A stretch of DNA of 64,000 nucleotides from an uncultured bacterium (GTDB lineage Bacteria > Bacteroidota > Bacteroidia > Chitinophagales > Chitinophagaceae): assembly GCA_966112615.1 (NCBI GenBank), contig CBHWDO010000012.1, forward strand, positions 22,004 through 86,003, read 5' to 3'. The notes under the pieces are model-generated. The model worked only from the letters and a program-made list of their open reading frames with translations, was not told where the DNA came from and ran no database searches. Of this stretch, positions 1 to 8,135 are shown one piece after another; within the stretch, counting starts at the first letter, position 1, and the number at the start of each line of letters is the position of its first letter. Position numbers and translations under genes: made by a program.

Positions 1-412
1 TTTTTGTTTTCCCTGCGATCCCCATAGCGCCATAAGCACCTGCCCCTACAAAAAGTCTGCTCTCCTTTCCTAAAGGCAACCTGGTTACAAGGTTTACGGG
101 AACTTCGATGTAGTAAGGGTTTGTCGTGGCTTTGGAATAAAAGCTACTTCCTGATTTTCCAGACTCGGTCTTTGATCCCTTTCCTGTAAACAGAAATCCA
201 GATTGTAGTGAAAGAAATTTTCCGGCCAGTGGCATGTCACCTATAAAACCTACCTGAAAGGATGGAAGCATTTTTGATTTGTCAACAGAACCATCACCTG
301 ATATGGAAACATTCGCAAGGTTTAGTCCTACCCTTAATTGTCCGGAAGACTGTGCAGATAAATGTTTAACAGAAGCTAATAAGATAATAAGGCTTACAAT
401 TAGTTTTCTCAT
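1..412 (-). CDS. Outer-membrane beta-barrel (porin-family) protein, 5' part only. The gene continues past the window start.
   Basis: Manual reverse translation from the ATG at 412..410 gives MRKLIVSLIILLASVKHLSAQSSGQLRVGLNLANVSISGDGSVDKSK... This is a signal peptide followed by an alternating hydrophobic and Gly-rich strand pattern. The frame stays open to position 1. It is absent from the ORF track because it is truncated. Confidence 0.55.
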   Translation of the reverse strand, partial: MRKLIVSLIILLASVKHLSAQSSGQLRVGLNLANVSISGDGSVDKSKMLPSFQVGFIGDMPLAGKFLSLQSGFLFTGKGSKTESGKSGSSFYSKATTNPYYIEVPVNLVTRLPLGKESRLFVGAGAYGAMGIAGKTK

Positions 413-535
413 TTTCACAAGGTTTAGCGCATAGAACTGTTGTGACATAAAAAGTTTAACGGACTGAAAACTTTTTTTACGCTAACGGAAAACGATTGAA
501 TGGAGAAATTATTTTAATATGATAATTCCGGATTC

Positions 536-1300
536 TTACTTGTCCATCCATTTTTTAAAATCGGTCGACTTTTCCTTGCTAATAAAAACTTCTTCTTTAA
601 AGCTGGGATCAAGATCTACACGCAATTTTCCCGAAAAATCTTTATGGATCTGTTTTATTGCCTGTGCGTGTACCAGCACCGATCTGTTTGCACGGTAATA
701 GATGGCTTTATCCAGCATACCTTCAAGTTCTTCAAGGGTATGATCTACAATATATTTTTTCCCGCTCCAGGTCATTAGATAGGTATACCTGCCTTCAGAA
801 AAAAAATAAGCGATCTCTTTTACTTGGATAGGGATCAACTTACCTCCATGGTTGATTAGAAAGCGCGATCTTGTTTCTTTCTGAAAGTTTTCTTTTAAAT
901 TATTCATCAATGCATTTAGATCGAGCTTCCGGTGCAATACTTCTTTCTGAATGGATTCATATTTTTTCAAACAAGCTTTTAAATCCTCCTCTCTGACAGG
1001 CTTCAAAAGGTAGTCCAGGCAATTCACTTTTATAGCCTGCAGTGTATATTCATCATAAGAGGTTATAAAGACAACAGGACAATACACTTCAACAGACCGA
1101 AATACTTCAAACACCTGTCCATCCTTCAATTCAATATCAGCAAGAATCAGATCCACTGAAGGATTCGAACGAATCCAATGCGTTGCACCGGCAATACTGT
1201 CGGCTTCACCTGCAACAGTAATTGATGGATCGATATCCTTCAATAATCGACGGATTCTTTCCGCTGCAAGAGTTTCGTCTTCAATCAGCAACACGTTCAT
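536..1300 (-). CDS. LytR/AlgR-family response regulator (REC + LytTR DNA-binding domain)
   Basis: The N-terminus MNVLLIEDE...DLILADIELKDG is a REC domain. The C-terminal ~100 aa (IPIQVKEIAYFFSEGRYTYLMT...HRSVLV-like) is typical of LytTR. Its start lies 1 nt from the stop of the upstream kinase. Confidence 0.9.
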   Translation of the reverse strand: MNVLLIEDETLAAERIRRLLKDIDPSITVAGEADSIAGATHWIRSNPSVDLILADIELKDGQVFEVFRSVEVYCPVVFITSYDEYTLQAIKVNCLDYLLKPVREEDLKACLKKYESIQKEVLHRKLDLNALMNNLKENFQKETRSRFLINHGGKLIPIQVKEIAYFFSEGRYTYLMTWSGKKYIVDHTLEELEGMLDKAIYYRANRSVLVHAQAIKQIHKDFSGKLRVDLDPSFKEEVFISKEKSTDFKKWMDK

Positions 1301-1301
1301 G

Positions 1302-2315
1302 CTATATTAACTTTAGGGTTACTACAAATTTATCATCATCATTCTTCACCGTTATGGGTTCCTGCCGCAACAATTCATAACGCATTTGCAGACTACTTAA
1401 CCCGGTTCCCGACTCATCAGAAGCTTTCTGTTTCAGATTAACGGAATTGGTAACCTGGATATGCTCCTGATCAATGGTCTGAATCTTAATGTACAATGGA
1501 TCTTCCCTGGAAACCATATTATGTTTGATGGCATTTTCCACTAACAATTGAAGAGACAAAGGAGGAAGTTTCATACTCAGCAGATCACTGTTGATGTCCA
1601 GGTCAACCACTATTTCATCTTCAAACCTCACTTTCATAAGGTGTATATAGGATCTTGTAAAATCAAGTTCTTTTTGAAGTGTAACCAAGGGTGCATCGAT
1701 GTTCTGCAACATATACCTGTATACATAGGCCATTTCAACAGAAAAATTTTCTGCCTTAACGGGGTCTTTAATGATCAAAGAACTTAATGTATTTAATGTG
1801 TTGAAAAGAAAATGGGGATTCATTTTAGCTTGTAACGCTTCGAATCTTGCTTCAAGCGCGCCTTTTTCTAATTCGTTACGTTGCTTTTCATTTTGAAATG
1901 ATAGTTCATAAGCATACAACATTTCGCATGACGATGCAATCAGAAATCCGAACCAAAGACTTTGAACAAAATTCAACAGGGATTCATATCCAAAGCTGAA
2001 GAATTTTGGACTGATCCATCTTGAAATCAAGGTAGAAATAGTTATTATGGTAAAAGCGACTAAGACACCCGATAAGTAAGAATAAAACAGTCTTGCTCTT
2101 GTTTGTGATAAGGCAGGATAACGCTCCTGGACTTTCTTAACTACCAGGCTACCAAGCTCAAAAGTCAACACAATAAAAAATATGCTTCTTAGCAGTACCA
2201 GCAGTTTTGCGTAATCAAAAGGAGGCAGATAAAGTTCCTGGGCAAAAATCGTCATGACGACGAAAGTCAGTGGGAGAGCAAACCGAAAAATATTGGTGCG
2301 AAAAGAGTTTGTCAA
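1302..2315 (-). CDS. LytS/YehU-type sensor histidine kinase (membrane N-terminus, His_kinase + HATPase)
   Basis: There are about 4 N-terminal TM helices. The NPHFLFNTLNTL H-box is characteristic of the LytS-type His_kinase family. A GHKL-like C-terminus follows (LLVENAIKH). The gene is in an operon with the LytTR regulator. Confidence 0.88.
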   Translation of the reverse strand: MTNSFRTNIFRFALPLTFVVMTIFAQELYLPPFDYAKLLVLLRSIFFIVLTFELGSLVVKKVQERYPALSQTRARLFYSYLSGVLVAFTIITISTLISRWISPKFFSFGYESLLNFVQSLWFGFLIASSCEMLYAYELSFQNEKQRNELEKGALEARFEALQAKMNPHFLFNTLNTLSSLIIKDPVKAENFSVEMAYVYRYMLQNIDAPLVTLQKELDFTRSYIHLMKVRFEDEIVVDLDINSDLLSMKLPPLSLQLLVENAIKHNMVSREDPLYIKIQTIDQEHIQVTNSVNLKQKASDESGTGLSSLQMRYELLRQEPITVKNDDDKFVVTLKLI

Positions 2316-2511
2316 GTTATCAGGTTATTTGTTTAACGAAACTAGGATATTGGTAAGATCTCATCCCTGGATTTGAACGGTTTCATCAACATAAAATGCC
2401 GTTTTAGTTCATAAATGAACTGCTTCATGCAGTTAAAAAGTATCCTCATATCATTTGGCCGGATTCACTTTCGATTCTCAACCAACTTTGGGTTCTTAAT
2501 CATTAAACATC

Positions 2512-3609
2512 ATGTATCAGAATTTAAAATTATTACCATTAATCATTCTTTTGTGCTTCTATAAATTTTCTTTTGCGCAGAAGCCAAACGAAAAAGCCAG
2601 GCAATACCTTCAAAAGGTAATGAAAGATGAGCACATACCCGGGCTTGCATTTGCAGTTTTAAAGAATGGCGAAGTGATCAATTCAGGAACATTTGGCAAG
2701 GCAAGCATTCCATATAATAAAGAAGTAAAACCAACTACGGTTTTTCAATTAGCTTCCACTTCCAAGATCTTTTGTGCTTTATTATTAGGAAAATTGTTTG
2801 ATGATAACCTGTTGAAACCCGAACAAACATTATCATCGTTCCTTGATTCAATTCCTGATAGCTGGAAGAATATAACAATACTTCAATTGGCCGCACATCA
2901 ATCAGGTATCAGAATGATTGATATTTCAGGCAAGACCAGTGCAGAGATTGTGAAGGAAGCTGCTAAATATCCACTGGATTACGAACCAGGTACAAAATCA
3001 TTCTATGTAAGTTCAGATTACTGGGTCCTGTTGCATATCATTGAAAAGGTCACCGCGATGAATTATTATGATGCACTGAAAAAGTATGTACTGCAACCAT
3101 TGAAGTTAATGCACACTTTTGTGAGTAATCCTAAAAACGGAATGGTTACGTCAATGGATATCATTCCTTACCAGGCGCAGGAATATCACTGGCATAAAGA
3201 AGATTCAACTTTAAGGATCAGCCAGATGCTTTTTCCTTCGACAGCTTATGCAGCAGGAGGTATATACAGTTCGATCAATGACCTGGTAACTGTTGCGAAA
3301 TGTTTTGACAAAGGAAATTTTCTTTCAGCAAAAACAAAATCATTGATCAGTACTCCTGTTTTACTAAAGAATGGTAAGCCAGGATCATTTTCATTGAGCC
3401 TACAGTTAGAGCAGGATTACCAGGGACACAAACTTGTACAACACAGTGGCGGTCCGGCCTTGTCAGATTTTATCAGGTTTGAAAAAGAAGGATATACATT
3501 CATTGTGCTTACTAATAACCGGGGTGTGTATCCATATCTTGCAAAAGGACTGGCAACGTTTTATATACCTGGTTTGAAGTTTATGGAATTACCGAAGGGC
3601 TATAAATAA
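2512..3609 (+). CDS. Secreted serine hydrolase of the beta-lactamase / penicillin-binding family
   Basis: It has a signal peptide and an SxxK motif (ASTSKIF). Overall it resembles class C beta-lactamase-like esterases. Confidence 0.8.
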   Translation: MYQNLKLLPLIILLCFYKFSFAQKPNEKARQYLQKVMKDEHIPGLAFAVLKNGEVINSGTFGKASIPYNKEVKPTTVFQLASTSKIFCALLLGKLFDDNLLKPEQTLSSFLDSIPDSWKNITILQLAAHQSGIRMIDISGKTSAEIVKEAAKYPLDYEPGTKSFYVSSDYWVLLHIIEKVTAMNYYDALKKYVLQPLKLMHTFVSNPKNGMVTSMDIIPYQAQEYHWHKEDSTLRISQMLFPSTAYAAGGIYSSINDLVTVAKCFDKGNFLSAKTKSLISTPVLLKNGKPGSFSLSLQLEQDYQGHKLVQHSGGPALSDFIRFEKEGYTFIVLTNNRGVYPYLAKGLATFYIPGLKFMELPKGYK

Positions 3610-3683
3610 TTATTCTCCGCCAAAACTTACAAATCTCAAGGTGTTCTGGCTGAATATATTTCGGTATTCGTTACATTTATTTC

Positions 3684-5270
3684 ATGAGAAAAATATTAAC
3701 CCAATCTACCAGGGCAGTATTTAAAACTGCGATCGTATTAAGCCTTATGGCCATACATCAGAAGGATGTGGTGGCACAGGGAAAAGATTCAGTGTTTGTC
3801 AGCAAGGCAATGGCTGAAGTAAACGATGTTTCAAACCTCAAACAGCTTGCGCATGAATTGCTTGATGGAATAGGACCAAGGCTTGTAGGAACTCCACAGA
3901 TGCAAAAGGCGCATGACTGGGCGGTGGCTAAGTACAAAACTTATGGCATTGATGCGCGCAATGAGAAATGGGGCGAGTGGAAAGGTTGGGAAAGAGGTGT
4001 AACACATGTGGACCTGGTTCATCCGAGAGTTCGCTCATTGGAAGGAATGATGCTGGCATGGAGCCCGGGCACCAATGGAAAGACTGTAACTGGAGAAACC
4101 ATTCTTCTTCCTGAAGTAGAAGATTCGGCAGCTTTTCAAAAATGGCTTCCATCAGTAAAAGGAAAATTTGTATTGATGTCGGCCATGCAGCCTAGTGGCA
4201 GACCAGATTATAACTGGGAGCAATTTGGATTGAAAGAGTCCATTGAAAAAAATAAAGAGGACCGCAGGAATGCAATGATGTCGTGGAACAAGCGCATCAG
4301 CAAAACTGGCATGAATACCAGAAATCTTGCACTGGCATTAGAGAAAGCTGGTGCTGCGGGATTGATCCAGTCGAACTGGTCGCAGGGTTTTGGGGTGAAC
4401 AAGATCTTCGGAGCATCTACTAAAAAGATCCCGACAATAGATATTTCACTGGAAGATTACGGGCTGGTGTATCGATTAACTGAAAGTGGTCAGTCACCAA
4501 AGCTCAGTGTACGTTGCGATTCAAAGGATCTTGGAGTAGCACCAACATTCAATACGATTGCTGAGATCAAAGGAACAGAGAAGCCGAATGAGTACGTGAT
4601 CTTGTCTGCGCATTTTGATTCATGGGATGGTGCATCAGGTGCAACTGACAATGGAACAGGAACGATCACTATGATGGAAGCGATGCGTATATTGAAGAAA
4701 CTGTATCCAAATCCAAAGAGAACGATTCTTGTTGGACATTGGGGAAGTGAGGAGCAGGGATTGAATGGATCAAGAGCGTTTGTTGAAGATCATCCGGAGA
4801 TTGTGCAGAATCTGCAGGCAGCATTCAACCAGGACAATGGAACCGGTAGAGTGGTAAATATCAGTGGACAGGGATTCCTGCATGCATATGATTTCATCCA
4901 GAGATGGTTGGCAGTAGCACCCGATAGCGTGAAAGCAAGGATTCAGACTGTGTTTCCGGGTTCACCTGGTGGCGGAGGATCGGATCATGCATCCTTTGTA
5001 GCAGCAGGCGCACCGGGCTTTTCATTGAGTTCATTGAGCTGGAGCTATGGAAATTATACCTGGCATACCAACAGGGATACATATGATAAGATCGTATGGG
5101 ATGATGTACAAAACAATGTATTGCTGACTGTGATCCTGGCTTACATGGCGAGTGAAGATCCGCAAAGTTTGCCTAAGGACAAGAGCCTGTTGCCTGTGAA
5201 CAGCAGGACTGGCAAAAGAAGTGAGTGGCCGGCAGCAAGAAAAGCAACGAGAAGAGGTGGGTTGGATTAG
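3684..5270 (+). CDS. M28-family metallo-aminopeptidase with a PA domain
   Basis: It has a signal peptide. The Zn-ligand blocks HFDSWDGASGATDNGTG and GHWGSEEQGLNGSRAF are typical of M28 peptidases. Confidence 0.88.
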   Translation: MRKILTQSTRAVFKTAIVLSLMAIHQKDVVAQGKDSVFVSKAMAEVNDVSNLKQLAHELLDGIGPRLVGTPQMQKAHDWAVAKYKTYGIDARNEKWGEWKGWERGVTHVDLVHPRVRSLEGMMLAWSPGTNGKTVTGETILLPEVEDSAAFQKWLPSVKGKFVLMSAMQPSGRPDYNWEQFGLKESIEKNKEDRRNAMMSWNKRISKTGMNTRNLALALEKAGAAGLIQSNWSQGFGVNKIFGASTKKIPTIDISLEDYGLVYRLTESGQSPKLSVRCDSKDLGVAPTFNTIAEIKGTEKPNEYVILSAHFDSWDGASGATDNGTGTITMMEAMRILKKLYPNPKRTILVGHWGSEEQGLNGSRAFVEDHPEIVQNLQAAFNQDNGTGRVVNISGQGFLHAYDFIQRWLAVAPDSVKARIQTVFPGSPGGGGSDHASFVAAGAPGFSLSSLSWSYGNYTWHTNRDTYDKIVWDDVQNNVLLTVILAYMASEDPQSLPKDKSLLPVNSRTGKRSEWPAARKATRRGGLD

Positions 5271-5432
5271 GATATCCGCTTTTAGCTTCCTTGATTACAT
5301 TCATAGGCAAATTTCTAAAGGACCGGAATAAACTTAATTATGCATGAGATCAAATAAAAGGTCTGCATTTTTAAAAAAGTTTAATTGAATATTATGCTCT
5401 AAAATCACAAGAGAGTATTCAGCAAAACGATA

Positions 5433-5478
5433 AAATAAAGTGGGGTTGGTTAAACAGCCCCACTTTATTTATTTATTT
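5433..5478 (+). terminator. Strong intrinsic-terminator-like hairpin
   Basis: A perfect 13-bp stem, aaataaagtgggg (5433-5445) paired with ccccactttattt (5458-5470), encloses a 12-nt loop and is followed by a T-rich tract. It lies about 160 nt downstream of the peptidase stop. Confidence 0.6.
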
Positions 5479-5498
5479 CCATATTGTAGTTTTGCCTT

Positions 5499-5786
5499 AT
5501 GAACCGCGACTATAAAGAAACTATCCTCCACGCTATCACCACCATCCACAATTCAGAGAACGAAATATTCACTGCCATGGTAAATATGGGCATGCAGGGA
5601 GTTTATAAAGACATCACCAGGGTTCATGAAGTAGGCGATGTGATCAATTTCGAATTATCGATGTTTGAAGATACCGATGATCAAAACCTGGATACGCTGG
5701 TAGAAGCAATCAAGGCACTTGCTTTAGCAAAGCACCGTTTGGCTAATTTGAATAATATTGATCTTGATGACATGGAGTTGGAATAA
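5499..5786 (+). CDS. Small acidic hypothetical protein (95 aa)
   Basis: This is ORF evidence only. I recognised no motif. Its stop lies 2 nt from the stop of the convergent ATPase gene. Confidence 0.4.
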   Translation: MNRDYKETILHAITTIHNSENEIFTAMVNMGMQGVYKDITRVHEVGDVINFELSMFEDTDDQNLDTLVEAIKALALAKHRLANLNNIDLDDMELE

Positions 5787-5788
5787 GA

Positions 5789-7225
5789 TCATTCAAATAA
5801 GTCTTCCATTTTCACTTCTGCCACAATTCTTCCTGTATAATAAACATTTTGCTTAGTTCCATACGTGGTGACCATTGTAGGGAAAATCGTCTTCCTGGTT
5901 TTTGTTTTCTCCTGAAAAATTTTAGTCTTATTGTCTAGCTCATTTGCATATTTTTTATCAATACTGAATTCGCCGCTGGAAAATTTGATTTCACATAGAT
6001 TGATGCAATGATCGGCCCGGTCAAGCAGAAGATCCACCTGTGCACCTTTATCACCATCTTTCGGAGAATATCGCCATGCTGATGCTTCAGTATATACGCC
6101 TGCAATACCCAGGGCTTTTTTTATTTGATGTACATGTTTTAAACAAACTGCTTCAAAAGCATAGCCGCTCCAACTATTATATGACTGACCTTCGGCAATC
6201 TTATGCCAGGTTCCTGTTCCTGTAGCACGCACCCGATCAACAAACTTCAGGTAGAAAAGTGAGTATTCGTCGGAGAGTTTATAAATACTGTCTCTGGCTG
6301 TCTTTTCAAAGGGAATGTATTGCGTAATGAAACCCGACTGTTCAAGTTCCTCGAACAGGCGAGTTGTAGTGCCACCGGTAGTAAGCCCGCACATTTCCAG
6401 TAGTTCAGCCCGTGTCATTCCACCGGGTTTTTTAGCAAGTGCACGTACTATTGCCTCGTGATGACTGGCATTATCGAATAAGGATCGGTAAAGAATTCTA
6501 AACTCTGTTTTAAGCATCCCATTCTTTTCAAAGAATAGTTTATCAATGATCTGATTAGCGCTTTGTCCTTTCTCTACCTGCTTTAAATATTGTGGAATGC
6601 CGCCCATGGCCATATAGAGCTGGAGGAGTTGGTAATGATCTAGTTTAATTCCCCTGCTTATAAGATAATCTTTCGACTCCTTCAAGGTAAAAGGAAATAA
6701 TTGAATAGTTCGCGTTACGCGATTATGCAAGCCCCCCTTATTATGAAGAATATTCTCAATCATCCAGGAGGCAGCAGAACCACAGATCACTACTTTCAGT
6801 TGTGGCTGACGTGATGCCCAGGTGTTCCACCAATGGCCGAATGCTGTTAAGAATCCGGATTTAGGTGTATGTATCCATGGGAATTCATCAAACAACACAA
6901 CTGCATGCTGATTGGCTAATTTTGAAGTGAGAAAGTCACTGAGAAATGAAAAAGCCTGTATCCAGTTTTCAGGGACTGCCAACGGGATCGTTGATTGCAT
7001 AGCTTGCTGCAAGGAGCGACTGAAATTGGAAAGTTGTTCTGACAACCCTGATTCATGAATTCCGGTGCATTCAAATACAAGATTCTTTTGATAATAATTG
7101 CGGACCAGGAAAGTCTTTCCCACACGACGACGTCCCAATATTGCAATCAGCTCTGCTTCCCTGGAACTTAATGCATCCTTAAGGATCTTCTTTTCTGTCT
7201 CCCTGCCTATAATGTTTTCAGACAT
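5789..7225 (-). CDS. AAA-type ATP-binding protein (Arch_ATPase N-terminus + DUF234-like C-terminus)
   Basis: It has a Walker A motif (GRRRVGKTF), a Walker B-like motif (VVLFDEF), and a C-terminal winged-helix/DUF234-like region. I prefer the internal start MSENIIGRETEKK (7225) over the ORF-track start at 7291. Confidence 0.8.
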   Translation of the reverse strand: MSENIIGRETEKKILKDALSSREAELIAILGRRRVGKTFLVRNYYQKNLVFECTGIHESGLSEQLSNFSRSLQQAMQSTIPLAVPENWIQAFSFLSDFLTSKLANQHAVVLFDEFPWIHTPKSGFLTAFGHWWNTWASRQPQLKVVICGSAASWMIENILHNKGGLHNRVTRTIQLFPFTLKESKDYLISRGIKLDHYQLLQLYMAMGGIPQYLKQVEKGQSANQIIDKLFFEKNGMLKTEFRILYRSLFDNASHHEAIVRALAKKPGGMTRAELLEMCGLTTGGTTTRLFEELEQSGFITQYIPFEKTARDSIYKLSDEYSLFYLKFVDRVRATGTGTWHKIAEGQSYNSWSGYAFEAVCLKHVHQIKKALGIAGVYTEASAWRYSPKDGDKGAQVDLLLDRADHCINLCEIKFSSGEFSIDKKYANELDNKTKIFQEKTKTRKTIFPTMVTTYGTKQNVYYTGRIVAEVKMEDLFE

Positions 7226-7340
7226 ATTTATGGACAAGTATAATTTTCTATAATCGTCCACAAATATATTAAATATGACAGTTATGGACAATTATAAAAT
7301 TTCAAAGCTGTCCACAACTTATTTAAATTGGCACATTACC

Positions 7341-7994
7341 CTACCGCTTAATAACCCTTCCACTACCCTGCTGAACCACTTCAAGCATTGGATTACCAAC
7401 ATAGTAAACATTCCCACTGCCATATATATCAGCCTTAATCCGGTCAGAAACATCAATACTTATATCACCACTTCCGTGAATACTTGCATTAACCTGTGAT
7501 GCAGGAGAACTTAATGTATTAATATTTCCACTACCATAAATGTCAAGTGCCAAAGTTTGAAAGGCACAATTTTCAATCTTTATATTACCGCTTCCATGAA
7601 TTCCAGCAAATAGAGCATTTCCTTCAAAACCATCAATAACAAGATTTTTACTTCCATGAATTGTTGCCTTATTGATAGAAGGAATAGAAATGGTTGCAAT
7701 CACATTTCCATTTCTTACACTTTCATACTTCGAATCAAATTTCATTTTTAAAACGCCATTCACAACCTGGAAATCAAGCGCATTCAACAGGTTTTCATAT
7801 CCTGATACCGAAACAGAGGGTGTAGTTCCATAAGTGATGGTTGCTCCAATATCATAGTGACTTTCAACAGCAGAAAATTCAGGCAAATTCAATGTTCGTG
7901 TGCCAGTACTTCCTCCACCACGTAATACATCTTTCGTACAGGAAGCAAATACAATAACAAAGGCAAGGAGACCCGACATGATAACTTTTTGCAT
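7341..7994 (-). CDS. DUF2807 / head-GIN-domain lipoprotein (putative adhesin-like beta-helix)
   Basis: The lipoprotein signal is MQKVIMSGLLAFVIVFASC. Repeated GSGN/GSGD motifs (HGSGNI, YGSGNI, HGSGDI, YGSGNV) are typical of DUF2807. I chose the start at 7994. Confidence 0.75.
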   Translation of the reverse strand: MQKVIMSGLLAFVIVFASCTKDVLRGGGSTGTRTLNLPEFSAVESHYDIGATITYGTTPSVSVSGYENLLNALDFQVVNGVLKMKFDSKYESVRNGNVIATISIPSINKATIHGSKNLVIDGFEGNALFAGIHGSGNIKIENCAFQTLALDIYGSGNINTLSSPASQVNASIHGSGDISIDVSDRIKADIYGSGNVYYVGNPMLEVVQQGSGRVIKR

Positions 7995-8097
7995 GAGATA
8001 AGGTTTCAGCAAAACTATTCCATGCAACAAATTTTACATTACCGTACAATGATGCAAATTTCCGGATATCAATATTTACAAATCATTTAGAATGTTA

Positions 8098-8128
8098 TAA
8101 AAAAAGAAAGCGGCTCATAGGCCGCTTC
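8098..8128 (-). terminator. Intrinsic terminator downstream of the T9SS cargo gene
   Basis: The stem 8108-8114 / 8121-8127 (aagcggc / gccgctt) has a 6-nt loop. An A-run at 8098-8105 on the plus strand gives a U-tail on the minus strand. Confidence 0.65.
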
Positions 8129-8135
8129 CTCATTA

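Noticed and set aside
7226-7291. The upstream extension of the ATPase ORF (start at 7291).
   Set aside because: The 22 extra residues (MSITVIFNIFVDDYRKLYLSIN) are not part of the conserved Arch_ATPase N-terminus, which normally begins close to the FIGRExE-like motif. I prefer the internal Met at 7225, although I cannot verify it.
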